Shown: positions 46,301-55,915, counted from the first letter of the stretch. The stretch: 64,000 nt of DNA from an uncultured Desulfobacterales bacterium (GCA_964573805.1 CAZNKP010000024.1:827-64826); one strand, 5' to 3'. Notes: generated from the sequence alone by a model not told the origin. Numbers and translations: made by a program.

Positions 46301-47674
46301 TTATAATTCACCGTTCAAAAATTTCTCAATAGACTCGGCAGCAACTCTTCCCTGATAAGCTGCCTTTGCCACGGTTTGAGGTCCCAGTACATCGTCCCCT
46401 CCTGCAAAAATCCACGGAACAGAAGTCTGCAGGCTATCAGGATTCACTTCAAAAGTCCCCCAAGAAGTCCTCTTTATCTCCATGCCAGCAATAACTGTTG
46501 AGTCTACCCTCTGACTTATTGCTGCCACAACTGCATCTGCCTCAATAAAAAAATTGGAGCCATGGATAGGCACAGGACGGCGTCTTCCAGACTCGTCTGG
46601 CTCCCCTAACTCCATACGGATGCATTCAATCTTTTTCAGCCTTCCAGCCTCACCATGAATTGAAACAGGGGCTGCCAAAAATTCCACCCGCACCCCTTCT
46701 TCTTCCATATGATGAATCTCTGTCTCTGAGGCAGGCATTTCCTTTCTGGTCCTGCGATAAAGTATGAACACATCCCTTGAACCGAGCCTAAGAGCAGTTC
46801 GTGCAACATCTATAGCCACATTTCCTCCCCCAACTACCACGACCTTCTGACCAAGATCTACGTCTTTTCCAAGATTTACATCCCGCAAGTAATCGACTCC
46901 ATGAAGGACTCCATCTAATTCCTCTCCTGGAATACCAAGCTTTCTGCTCTCATGGGCCCCAACCCCAACAAAGACAGCCCCAAAACCTTCATCCTTGATC
47001 TCTTTTAATGTCTTGTCTTTTCCAATAGTAACGCCATCTATAATTTCTACCCCACAACTTTGAAGTGCATCAAACTCTGCCTTTATTATATCTCTTGGGA
47101 GTCTGAACGGAGGAATCCCTACCGACAACATACCGCCAGGTATTGGTAAGCTGTCATAAATTGTACACTTTATGCCCCTATGGGCAAGATTATATGCTAC
47201 TGTCATCCCTGCTGGCCCTGAGCCTACAATCGCAACCTTTTGACCTGTAGGAAGAGCACAAGGCTTCATAAGCTCCTTGCCATGCTCTACCATCCAATCC
47301 ACCACATAGCGCTCGAGCATCCCAATGGCCACTGCTTCCCCCTTTTTAGCACGAATACAACCACCCTCACATTGAAATTCTTGGGGGCAAACCCTTGAAC
47401 ATATTGCGGGGATAGAACTTGTCTTTCTAATAGTCCAGTAAGCATCTTCTATCTTGCCTTCCCGTAAGAGCTTTATAAAGGAAGGAATATCATTATGCAG
47501 GGGACAGCCTTGAACACAACCAGGCTTTTTACATTGAAGGCACCTCTCCGCCTCCAGTTTTGCTGTATCGTGGTCGTATCCAAATACTATCTCTTTAAAA
47601 TTGTCTATCCTCTCAGATACCGAAAGTTCTCTGGGCCTTTGCCGAGGAATTGCCATTCTTTCCTTTGGTTTCAC
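46301..47674 (-). CDS. GltD/NfnB/SudA-type NAD(P)H-dependent Fe-S flavoprotein oxidoreductase (glutamate synthase small-subunit homolog)
   Basis: N-terminal Cys clusters (CLQCKKPGCVQGCP; CSRVCPQEFQCEGGC) and two dinucleotide folds (VAIVGSGPAGMT; VVVVGGGNVAID). Confidence 0.8.
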   Translation of the reverse strand: MKPKERMAIPRQRPRELSVSERIDNFKEIVFGYDHDTAKLEAERCLQCKKPGCVQGCPLHNDIPSFIKLLREGKIEDAYWTIRKTSSIPAICSRVCPQEFQCEGGCIRAKKGEAVAIGMLERYVVDWMVEHGKELMKPCALPTGQKVAIVGSGPAGMTVAYNLAHRGIKCTIYDSLPIPGGMLSVGIPPFRLPRDIIKAEFDALQSCGVEIIDGVTIGKDKTLKEIKDEGFGAVFVGVGAHESRKLGIPGEELDGVLHGVDYLRDVNLGKDVDLGQKVVVVGGGNVAIDVARTALRLGSRDVFILYRRTRKEMPASETEIHHMEEEGVRVEFLAAPVSIHGEAGRLKKIECIRMELGEPDESGRRRPVPIHGSNFFIEADAVVAAISQRVDSTVIAGMEIKRTSWGTFEVNPDSLQTSVPWIFAGGDDVLGPQTVAKAAYQGRVAAESIEKFLNGEL

Positions 47675-48130
47675 TTATTCCTCCTTGACAACATTGCATT
47701 CACAATACTAAATGGAATTCAAAATCAGACTGTGAGGTCAGTCAAAAATGGACTTCTTCTGTGCAAAGGATAACCGCCAAACAGATGCAAGTAAAGGGTG
47801 TCTGCACCCAAACGATTTCTGTAGCCATAGGACCGCCTGTATAATCTATTTCATGCAGAAGGAACAAGAACGCAAAGAAAAACAGGCCAATAACAATAAC
47901 AATAAAAAAACAATAAGTAGCAACCTTGAATAATTTTCTTTTTTCTCTGGTTTGACAATCAAGCCTTTTTGGCCATTGAAACTTTTAAATTATACGTAAC
48001 ACCTCTCGTCTATTTCAATGTTAAAAAAATCAGCAAAAAATTACATCTTGTTTAAATTAAAGCCCGATCTATCTAACTTCTGATACCATCCGTCATAGGC
48101 GGATAGAAGGTCTTAAAGGAGCATAACAAC

Positions 48131-48982
48131 ATGAAAAAAAATGACCTGGAACTCACTGTCCTTTGCGAAAACTCAGTAGCTGGTCCTTTTGGCCTTATTG
48201 GAGAGCATGGATGGTCAGTGTTAATAGAGGTAAGAGGACGAACTATTTTGTTCGACACTGGCCAAGGACTTGGAATTATAAATAACAGCAGGAGACTGGG
48301 CAAAGACCTGTCTAAGGTGGACCTGCTGGTCCTAAGTCATGGACACTACGATCACGCATCTGGAATCCCACAGGTTCTTTCCTTAAAGGCATTTCTACCC
48401 GTTATCTGTCATCCTGATGTCTTTGTTCCTCGTTACTGGCGCAAAGACAATGTTAGGAGATTTATTGGAATGTTTCACAACAGGGACTATCTGGAGTCGC
48501 TGGGATGTAAGTTTTGTTTTTACACCTCTTTTTCAGAAATATTACCAGGTATTTATATTACAGGAGAAGTGCCGCGAACCACTGACTTTGAACTGCCAGA
48601 TCCGCATATGGAGATAGAAATTGAAGAGGCTGGAGAAAAAATTACTAAACAAGATCCATTGAAAGATGACCTTTCAATGGTTGTAGACACCCCCTCAGGC
48701 CTAATTGTAATACTTGGCTGTGCACATGCAGGACTTATAAATATACTGAGACATATCCGTTCACACCTGCCGAACAAGAAAATTCATACGGTGATAGGTG
48801 GCACACACCTGGGCTTTGCAACAGATGAACAGTTTGAGCGTACAGTGGAGGCAATTAGGGAATTTGACATAAAAAGAATTGGGGCATCACATTGCACAGG
48901 CCTAACAAACTCGGCCCGCTTATTTTGTCGACTAAAAGAACGATTTTTTCACGCCTCTGTTGGTGTGACCTTAAAAATTTAA
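48131..48982 (+). CDS. MBL-fold metallo-hydrolase (COG1237-like)
   Basis: HxHxDH motif (LSHGHYDH) and later His/Asp ligands (GCAHAG, GGTHLG). AAGGAG RBS. Confidence 0.75.
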   Translation: MKKNDLELTVLCENSVAGPFGLIGEHGWSVLIEVRGRTILFDTGQGLGIINNSRRLGKDLSKVDLLVLSHGHYDHASGIPQVLSLKAFLPVICHPDVFVPRYWRKDNVRRFIGMFHNRDYLESLGCKFCFYTSFSEILPGIYITGEVPRTTDFELPDPHMEIEIEEAGEKITKQDPLKDDLSMVVDTPSGLIVILGCAHAGLINILRHIRSHLPNKKIHTVIGGTHLGFATDEQFERTVEAIREFDIKRIGASHCTGLTNSARLFCRLKERFFHASVGVTLKI

Positions 48983-48983
48983 A

Positions 48984-49027
48984 AATGATGGCAGGCAGGG
49001 TTAATTTATCCACCGCCTGCCATCATT
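48984..49027 (-). terminator. Long hairpin terminator after the collagen-like gene
   Basis: 13-bp perfect arms AATGATGGCAGGC / GCCTGCCATCATT with an 18-nt loop. On the minus strand it is followed by TTTTTAAATTTTT. Confidence 0.65.
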
Positions 49028-49040
49028 AGAGATGATTTAG

Positions 49041-49514
49041 CTATTCCTTCTTTTTCTTTGATTTAGAGGCCTTGGTTCCAGACGTTCCCTTGGGTCCTCT
49101 TGGTCCTCTCGGGCCTCTTGGCCCCTCTGGCCCTGGTGGACCTGGTTCTCCTGGTGGACCTTGCGGCCCTTCCGGACCCGGAGGTCCCTGCGGACCCGGT
49201 TCACCCTTGTCTCCCTTTGGACCCGGTGGCCCCTCTGGCCCTGGTGGTCCTTGCGGACCCTCTGGCCCTGGCGGACCTGGTTCTCCTGGTGGACCTTGCG
49301 GCCCTTCCGGACCCGGAGGTCCCTGCGGACCCGGAGGTCCTGGTTTGCCTGGAGGCCCTGGAGGTCCAGGATCTCCCTTTGGACCACGAAGTCTACCACT
49401 TTCCAATGCCTGTTTAATCTCTTCGATGTCCTTTTGCAGGGCAGTCAGTCTTCGGTATGCAAGGATACCAAAAATACTGAGCCCGATCGCCAAGAATGCA
49501 AGAACAATAGCCAT
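49041..49514 (-). CDS. Membrane-anchored collagen-like (Gly-X-Y)35 protein
   Basis: AAGGAGGG RBS before the ATG at 49514. N-terminal hydrophobic helix, a short heptad-like segment, 35 uninterrupted GXY triplets and a Lys-rich tail. Confidence 0.8.
   Translation of the reverse strand: MAIVLAFLAIGLSIFGILAYRRLTALQKDIEEIKQALESGRLRGPKGDPGPPGPPGKPGPPGPQGPPGPEGPQGPPGEPGPPGPEGPQGPPGPEGPPGPKGDKGEPGPQGPPGPEGPQGPPGEPGPPGPEGPRGPRGPRGPKGTSGTKASKSKKKKE
49125..49334. repeat. Internal direct repeat in the collagen-like gene (two 75-nt copies, 135-nt period)
   Basis: 49125-49199 and 49260-49334 differ at one position (GGTGGA vs GGCGGA). The offset equals 15 GXY triplets. Confidence 0.9.
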
Positions 49515-49609
49515 TTTCCCTCCTTAAACTGAATAGTTACATGCGAGGTAGAAGCTACCTATCTTTATGACATTTTTCACTATTTCCTCTCCCTGCTTAA
49601 CAAAAATGG

Positions 49610-49638
49610 AGGTTAGACCACCATTTTAATGCAGTCAA
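49610..49638 (-). promoter_or_regulatory. Candidate sigma70 promoter for the collagen-like gene
   Basis: Minus strand: TTGACT (49638-49633), 17-nt spacer, TAACCT (49615-49610). Confidence 0.3.
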
Positions 49639-49853
49639 TATGAAATTTTCGATTTGTTATCAAAAAACATTTCGATCCGCCTCTAACAATTATGAATTTT
49701 GCTTCCAAAAAATAAAATGCTTGAGGAAAATGGCTGTAAGCAACTCATTAATATTAAAGATTATTCTCGGAATACGGTTTGGTTACAAAAACAAAAAACA
49801 GCCCTAAAACGCAATTGTAAACACCCTGCACAACAAAAATCTAAAAAAACCTG

Positions 49854-50015
49854 CTATCTTCGCTTTGGCGTATCTTTCCCGAAAAGCGCCGCCCAGTAGC
49901 CTCTTACAAGATCAATTGGTCCATTTTGTATTAATGCAGAAACAAGACATGCTAGAGCCCAAAGGGCTACTAGAGCACCAATGCCAAAAAACAAACCAGC
50001 AAATATGGTTGTCAT
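49854..50015 (-). CDS. Candidate small membrane protein (53 aa), absent from the ORF track
   Basis: MTTIFAGLFFGIGALVALWALACLVSALIQNGPIDLVRGYWAALFGKDTPKRR*. One TM helix plus a basic tail. The ATG lies 21 nt downstream of the ypfJ-like stop, with GGGGA upstream. Confidence 0.4.
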   Translation of the reverse strand: MTTIFAGLFFGIGALVALWALACLVSALIQNGPIDLVRGYWAALFGKDTPKRR

Positions 50016-50036
50016 ATGAATCTATCCCCGCAATTT

Positions 50037-50921
50037 TCACAAATTAACTTGCGAAAATGTATTACACTGGCTCATGTCACCAGACCTAAATCCCTTTAGA
50101 AACCAGTTCATCCGCTGCGTGGATGTCCCATGGGTAAAACTATCTGGAACAACATAACCCTGCGTCTCCTTCTGCAGGGTATCATCTCCTATTCGGCTAG
50201 CTGCATTCAGGGCCTCCTCAATATCTCCTGGTTCGAGATGCCCCCTGGCATAGTGTCCCCAGATGCCAGCCAGACAATCTGCCTGAAGCTCCACGGGAAT
50301 CTGGAGATGATTTGCCTTAACCTTGTCACCCTTTCTCAATGCCTGTTGCTGGAGAGAACGAATCTTTGTAAGGATCCCCAACAGATTCTGCACATGATGG
50401 CCTACCTCATGGGCCAAGACATAGGCTTGCGCAAAATCTCCTGGAGCATTAAATCTGCGGGCAAGGTTGTCAAAAAAACCTAAATCAAGGTAGATCTTCT
50501 GGTCTGCAGGACAGTAAAAGGGACCAACCTGTGCACTAGCAAAACCGCATCCACTATGAGTAGCGCCTCTATAAAGCACCAATACCGGGGGCCGGTACCG
50601 CGTACCATATTTGGGCAGTATCTGCGTCCATACATCTTCTGTTGTTGCCAAGACCTTTTTAATGAAAACCGCCTGACCATCATTCTTTACCTGATGCACA
50701 TCAGTTTGTGGAGGTCCTTGCTGCAACAAGGCAAAAGGATCAAATCCCATAAGATAAGCTCCAACACCGATGGCAATAATTGCCCAACCAAACTTTGTCT
50801 GCAGAAGCACCCTTATAAGTGGCCATATCATGAAAAGACCCTGAAGAGAGGCCCTTGGACCACCTCGCCTGAAACGACGATCTTCTACATTTTGGCTCTC
50901 TCGTTCGTCATCTAGACGCAT
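50037..50921 (-). CDS. ypfJ: YpfJ-family neutral zinc metallopeptidase
   Basis: N-terminal MRLDDERESQNVEDRR, one TM segment, and HExxH (LAHEVGHHV). Confidence 0.8.
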   Translation of the reverse strand: MRLDDERESQNVEDRRFRRGGPRASLQGLFMIWPLIRVLLQTKFGWAIIAIGVGAYLMGFDPFALLQQGPPQTDVHQVKNDGQAVFIKKVLATTEDVWTQILPKYGTRYRPPVLVLYRGATHSGCGFASAQVGPFYCPADQKIYLDLGFFDNLARRFNAPGDFAQAYVLAHEVGHHVQNLLGILTKIRSLQQQALRKGDKVKANHLQIPVELQADCLAGIWGHYARGHLEPGDIEEALNAASRIGDDTLQKETQGYVVPDSFTHGTSTQRMNWFLKGFRSGDMSQCNTFSQVNL

Positions 50922-50946
50922 CCGCCACCTTCCTTTATTCTAGAAT

Positions 50947-53121
50947 CTATCTTGGAGTCCAACCTCCTATTCCAAGAAGCTCCAGATTAACCAATATGGA
51001 GGTATCATCAGAATCGGTCTTTACCTTACCTTCTATAGCCCAACAACTTGAAGTATAGCGAAGCACATACTTGGATTCTATCTGCCTATTCCTTTCAAAA
51101 TCCTGTTTGATATGAAACCGAAAGGACCAGGCAGCAGTAAGTATGGCATTCATATCAAAATTCAGCTCGTTTATATCCTCAAGCTTATGATACCTATAAT
51201 CTAGATCAAATGTAGACCCTCTATATCCCACATATCTCCATCTGACATTATGGGTACGGAATCCATCACCATAAAAATTATACTTTGTATCGTAACGTAT
51301 CCAAAATTTAGAAAAAGGAGTAAAATCAAATTCTCCATACAGATCAGACAATCTCTTCCTTTCAAACTCCTGGGCAGAAAGTACCGTTGGCTCCTTATGA
51401 AAATTGTAAGACTGTTCGAGCTTGATCCTGAAAAGATCCGAATAGGAATATCTGTCCTTGGACAACCATCTTTTACTGCTCACAAAGGATAAAAGGGTAA
51501 AAATGACCTTGTTATGTTTTTCATAATAGTCTCGGGTGTCAATGTTTGGAATATCTCTATTACTTCTATGGGGTGTGTAAACATATCTAATACGTGGAGT
51601 GATGTAGTGACGCCACAGGCTGCTACTGCCGCGTGAATAATTTCTGGCAAAGGTCTTGGTCATATCAGCCATTATAGAGTATCTAAATTTGTTGGCCGTA
51701 CTATCAGGATCATCCTGATTCTCCTCCCGTCCGTATGCAACATAGACAGTATCTTCAACTGAACCTGTAACAACAAGATCTGCCCAATCTAAAAGATCAA
51801 AAGGCACGGATAGAGACGGATTTAGCCTTATTCTATGCTCCTTTGTTCCCTGTTCACGCCAGTAATCTGTGTAATCAAAGTCAAAGGCATAGTACAGGTA
51901 ACGATTCAACAGTGGCTGTTTAAAGGAATGAAAAAAAACGCTTGGCAACGTCTGAACTGTAAATCCCCTTTGTCCAAAAAAATGATTGTCATTGTATCTG
52001 CCATGGAAACCAATGAACATCTCTTCGGTCTCCTTAGTAGCTTGGGCAACTGAAGGTCTTATCTTGTCTGTATCCTCTGCCAGATTACGGTGAAACCACT
52101 TTCTAAATGCCTCATCACTTTTCGTAAACCCCATAAGGCCTGTATCAAATTCCTGTAAATAGTCCATATCGCTCATGAGGTCTACATCGAGTTTACCCAT
52201 AAAACCAAAGGGTAACTTTTGGTCCAGCTTGCCTCTAACCCACCACCTAAAATCGTTACCCCTGTTGTGACCATCACCATTGAAATCGTTATCGTCTTTT
52301 TTGTCGCTCAAAAAATTGTATCTGACAATTGCCCTGTCTATTTGGGAAAAAACATGCCTGTATTCTATACCCTCCATCCAACCGCGGCTTGACATTGGAT
52401 GTTGATAAAAAGTGAAATCCATACTGTCGTTTAAGGCCAGAAAAAAGGGGATGTTTATGCCAATACCATTTCTTTTAGAGGATGTATATTCAGGAATAAG
52501 AAAACCTGTCTTACGATAACGGTTTATAGGTACATAAAGCCAGGGTGTATAGAGAACTGGCACATCCTTGATCTCGAAAAAGGTATTTTTGGCCTTGGCC
52601 TCTCCATCAACGGTCAAGGTAAGATCCTTACACTTGAACCTCCAATCTTGATTTGGCATTGGACAGGTGCTGACGGTGGCATCCTGGGCGTGGTATTCTT
52701 CAGGTCCTGTTTTTTCCAGCTTTTTGGCAGTAAGATGAATATTGTTACGCTTGAGATAAAGAAAGGCATTTTCCATTCGACCCGTGGATGTCTTTAGATC
52801 TAAAATTCCCCTGGAACCCTTGAGCACGTCTTGGCCAAGATGAATTACCACATGCCCGCTTGCATATATCCTTCCAGTGCCTTGGTCATAAATAATCTTA
52901 TCTGCATAGACCCTTAACTTACCTCTCTTGATCTCTACCGAACCTTGGGCTATCACTGCCCTAGAGTTATGGAAAAAAACCAGCTTTTGTGCCTTGATAT
53001 CCCAAGGTCCGCCTCCATCTTTTACTCTGGCATAGGCAGAAAAAGACAAGAAAGATATCAACAGGACCACCAAAAATCCTAAAAAAACAAAGTAGCCCCT
53101 ATCCCTCTTGGCAATAAACAT
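50947..53121 (-). CDS. lptD: LPS-assembly outer-membrane protein LptD (OstA family)
   Basis: Signal peptide from the M at 53121 (MFIAKRDRGYFVFLGFLVVLLISFLSFSAYA), an OstA-like N-terminal beta-jellyroll region, and a large aromatic-rich beta-barrel. Confidence 0.75.
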   Translation of the reverse strand: MFIAKRDRGYFVFLGFLVVLLISFLSFSAYARVKDGGGPWDIKAQKLVFFHNSRAVIAQGSVEIKRGKLRVYADKIIYDQGTGRIYASGHVVIHLGQDVLKGSRGILDLKTSTGRMENAFLYLKRNNIHLTAKKLEKTGPEEYHAQDATVSTCPMPNQDWRFKCKDLTLTVDGEAKAKNTFFEIKDVPVLYTPWLYVPINRYRKTGFLIPEYTSSKRNGIGINIPFFLALNDSMDFTFYQHPMSSRGWMEGIEYRHVFSQIDRAIVRYNFLSDKKDDNDFNGDGHNRGNDFRWWVRGKLDQKLPFGFMGKLDVDLMSDMDYLQEFDTGLMGFTKSDEAFRKWFHRNLAEDTDKIRPSVAQATKETEEMFIGFHGRYNDNHFFGQRGFTVQTLPSVFFHSFKQPLLNRYLYYAFDFDYTDYWREQGTKEHRIRLNPSLSVPFDLLDWADLVVTGSVEDTVYVAYGREENQDDPDSTANKFRYSIMADMTKTFARNYSRGSSSLWRHYITPRIRYVYTPHRSNRDIPNIDTRDYYEKHNKVIFTLLSFVSSKRWLSKDRYSYSDLFRIKLEQSYNFHKEPTVLSAQEFERKRLSDLYGEFDFTPFSKFWIRYDTKYNFYGDGFRTHNVRWRYVGYRGSTFDLDYRYHKLEDINELNFDMNAILTAAWSFRFHIKQDFERNRQIESKYVLRYTSSCWAIEGKVKTDSDDTSILVNLELLGIGGWTPR

Positions 53122-53123
53122 GC

Positions 53124-54263
53124 TCACACCACTGACGAAGGCATGAATATCTTGTTGTAAAGGTTCTGGGCATATCTGTCTGTCATACCTGCAATAAAAT
53201 CGCATACATGTCTTTCGTAAGGGGTTCCCTCGTTTTCGATCACCCTCTCCTCTTCAAAAAGCCGCTTCCTTTCACTGAGAAATGCATCTTTATTTTTTAT
53301 AAAGTATTCATAGAGTTCAAACAGTATCTTTCTTGCCTTTTCAAATTCTCTATGGACTTGGGGAGCACGATATACGTTATCATAGAGAAAGGCCCTCAGA
53401 CCTAGCATGGTCTTCAGCATTTCAGGACTTATATCAAGCTCAATTCCCTTGTGAGTCACCCTAGTTGTCCTGATAACATCTCTGATCATTGAAGAAATCC
53501 TGCTACTATGGGTTTCTCCAAGGACCCTGGTCACCTCTTCTGGAACCAGGGACTGTTTTATAACCCCACTCCTTATAGCATCGTCCAGATCGTGGCTTAG
53601 ATAGGCTATGACATCTGCAATCCGTACTATCCTGCCTTCAACGGTCTTAGCGGACTCACCTGGTTCTTTGGGAATTATATTTCCAAAACCCTTTGAATGT
53701 TTAAGTATACCATCTCTGACTTCATAGGTCAGATTAAGCCCTTTGCCTCCATTCTCCAAAACATCAACTACTCTGAGGCTCTGACGGCAATGACTAAATC
53801 CTCCTGGAACAATTTCATTAAGTACGGTCTCTCCAGCATGTCCAAAGGGAGTATGCCCAAGATCGTGACCAAGGGCTATCGCCTCGGTCAAGTCTTCGTT
53901 CAGACGAAGGGCCCTTGCAATTGTCCTTGAAATCTCTGCAACTTCCAATGTATGGGTAAGCCTTGTCCGATAGTGATCTCCCATAGGAGATAGAAATACC
54001 TGGGTCTTGTGTTTGAGCCTTCTAAATGCCTTAGAATAGACTATGCGGTCTCTATCCCTTTGAAATGCCGTTCTAATGGAACACGGGCTCGTCTTAAAAC
54101 GTCTACCCTTTGTTTCACTGCTAAGACAAGCATGGGGACTTAGTATCTGTTTTTCACGAAGTTCAAGCTCGTCCCTTACTGTAAGGGTGCCATTGACCTT
54201 CAAGCCTGTTCCAGAATCGATATACATGCTGATTGTTATAACTTTAATAAAAGTTGCAATCAA
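53124..54263 (-). CDS. dGTP triphosphohydrolase-like HD-domain protein
   Basis: [47 protein letters not shown], and C-terminal DFIAGMTD. Confidence 0.8.
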   Translation of the reverse strand: MIATFIKVITISMYIDSGTGLKVNGTLTVRDELELREKQILSPHACLSSETKGRRFKTSPCSIRTAFQRDRDRIVYSKAFRRLKHKTQVFLSPMGDHYRTRLTHTLEVAEISRTIARALRLNEDLTEAIALGHDLGHTPFGHAGETVLNEIVPGGFSHCRQSLRVVDVLENGGKGLNLTYEVRDGILKHSKGFGNIIPKEPGESAKTVEGRIVRIADVIAYLSHDLDDAIRSGVIKQSLVPEEVTRVLGETHSSRISSMIRDVIRTTRVTHKGIELDISPEMLKTMLGLRAFLYDNVYRAPQVHREFEKARKILFELYEYFIKNKDAFLSERKRLFEEERVIENEGTPYERHVCDFIAGMTDRYAQNLYNKIFMPSSVV

Positions 54264-54275
54264 TAGTCTAAAGGA

Positions 54276-55322
54276 CTATTGGAAAAATTCTCCCGCCCTG
54301 AAAAGCTCCTTGTGAATAAAAAAATCAACAATAAGATAAAGTGTGGAACCTGCGCCACAGAGAACCAAATAGGCCGTAGCAGCGGCTGCAGGTCCCTGCC
54401 CTGCGGCAAGCATACCTATAAAAACCATTATAAGAAACGGAGTAAAAAATCTCTTTTTATAAAAAGAAATATCTATCTTCCCCTCCTGGACAGCCCACAT
54501 ATCAATCCCCTGGGCTGCGAACTCAACTGCGAGTATCAGCACAACAATCAGATGGGCATTGTCTGGGGCCAATGGCAAAAGGGAAAGACCCAGCAAGGGA
54601 TTCACCAGTGAAATCAACAAGTCCAACAGGGCATCTGGCCCTCTTTGCCATAAACCAGGCAGACAGGCAACCACGTACTGGGCGCCCGAGACAAGAGTTA
54701 CTAATAAAACAACTATTCCGTAAGTCAATTCCACCTGTCTTGCTGGCAAGGTTGCTGCAATAAAAAATCCCATGGCCTCAAGTGCCAAGGCCGTTTTCAG
54801 CCTGGATGTAAGCCCCCCGCTCTTTGCATGGACAGCAACAGACAAAAAAACCGTTGCCAAGAAGAGCCCTGCCAAAAACGAAATAGTTACCGTCTTATCA
54901 GGGAATGTATTAGTTAAAAGAATGAGGCCTACTCCTATCATTTGAAGGGTTGTCTTGATTTTTGCAAGCTCTGTTACTCTGAGTCCCTTTCTTTCAGGGG
55001 TCATAAACCGTCTCATCTCTGTAACAAGAAACTCTCTAAAAAATATAGGCCATACTATCCACATAGGGAGGATCTGCAGATCTGCCAAAGGAACCAGTGT
55101 TACTGCAACAAAAATCTTATCTGCTATGGGGTCAAGGAGTCTGCCAAGAGACGTTACCCCGTACTTTCTGGCCAGAAATCCATCGAGATAGTCTGTCAGT
55201 CCAAGGACAGACAAAATCAGCAATGCCGCAACCCGAGAGGCTGTACCTCCATAGATGAGAAACAAGGGCAAGGGCAAAAGCACTATCCTTAGAGTAGTTA
55301 TTTGGTTGGCAGAAATCTTCAT
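54276..55322 (-). CDS. CDP-alcohol phosphatidyltransferase family protein with an extended polytopic C-terminal half
   Basis: DYLDGFLARKYGVTSLGRLLDPIADK (DG-x2-AR...G-x3-D-x3-D). At 348 aa it is roughly twice the size of a minimal PgsA-type enzyme. Confidence 0.75.
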   Translation of the reverse strand: MKISANQITTLRIVLLPLPLFLIYGGTASRVAALLILSVLGLTDYLDGFLARKYGVTSLGRLLDPIADKIFVAVTLVPLADLQILPMWIVWPIFFREFLVTEMRRFMTPERKGLRVTELAKIKTTLQMIGVGLILLTNTFPDKTVTISFLAGLFLATVFLSVAVHAKSGGLTSRLKTALALEAMGFFIAATLPARQVELTYGIVVLLVTLVSGAQYVVACLPGLWQRGPDALLDLLISLVNPLLGLSLLPLAPDNAHLIVVLILAVEFAAQGIDMWAVQEGKIDISFYKKRFFTPFLIMVFIGMLAAGQGPAAAATAYLVLCGAGSTLYLIVDFFIHKELFRAGEFFQ

Positions 55323-55873
55323 CGGACAGTGTTATTCCTCTGTATCCAGATATCGTAAAAGGCCTCCAACAACTCCCCGCGAGCCATGCTAAGCCTCTGT
55401 AGATCGGCAATGAAGTCCCTGTAGTGACGGGCCGGACCAATCTCAAGTTGAACAAGAAGGGGATCGCAAAAATACCAAGTACACCTATATGGCCGTTGTA
55501 TCCTGGGAAGCACACATCCCTTTTCTCCAATGAACTGACAAATGGCCTCCTCATCCACATCGAGATCGTAGTTTGGAATCTCCAAACCCATAGCAAGAAA
55601 ACCCACTACATCTGCAAATTCAGGGAATCCAAACTTGTTGGCGCAACAAACCGTACCACAATACGGACATACCTTTGCTGTATAAGATTGAATAAGGGGA
55701 TCTAGTTTAGCAAAAGCTGCTTTAAGAGCCGGCACCTTTTCTATAACTTTGATAAGATCTTTCTTGTAAATTAAAAAAAATTCCTTTAAACCCTCTATTT
55801 GCCCCCAAAACTCTTTGGGATTTTTATAATCAAGCCTCGGGAATACTGTGGTATCAAAACCTATTACGGCCAT
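55319..55873 (-). CDS. Uncharacterised Cys-rich protein (184 aa)
   Basis: CPYCGTVCCANKFGF...CQF...GCVL...CTWYFCDP. Its stop overlaps the downstream start by 4 nt (ATGA-type overlap). I recognise no domain. Confidence 0.55.
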   Translation of the reverse strand: MAVIGFDTTVFPRLDYKNPKEFWGQIEGLKEFFLIYKKDLIKVIEKVPALKAAFAKLDPLIQSYTAKVCPYCGTVCCANKFGFPEFADVVGFLAMGLEIPNYDLDVDEEAICQFIGEKGCVLPRIQRPYRCTWYFCDPLLVQLEIGPARHYRDFIADLQRLSMARGELLEAFYDIWIQRNNTVR

Positions 55874-55915
55874 CAGATCTCATACCTCAAAAATTATATA
55901 TTACAAAACGAATCG

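Noticed and set aside
47748-47933. 61-aa ORF with a poly-Asn stretch, and the (AATAAC)n/A-rich low-complexity tract in the 456-bp spacer upstream of the GltD-like gene.
   Set aside because: It has no RBS, and the Asn run comes from an AT-rich simple sequence. The minus-strand hydrophobic reading frame here has no usable start codon. I treat the region as non-coding promoter or leader DNA.
49037-49532. Four additional long ORFs (49037-49399 -, 49072-49527 +, 49100-49417 +, 49161-49532 +) overlapping the collagen-like gene.
   Set aside because: The GGN-CCN-CCN repeat composition keeps all frames free of stops. Only the 49041-49514 minus frame has an RBS, an N-terminal TM helix and a strict Gly-every-third-residue pattern. 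The others translate to Pro/Arg/Leu-rich low-complexity strings.
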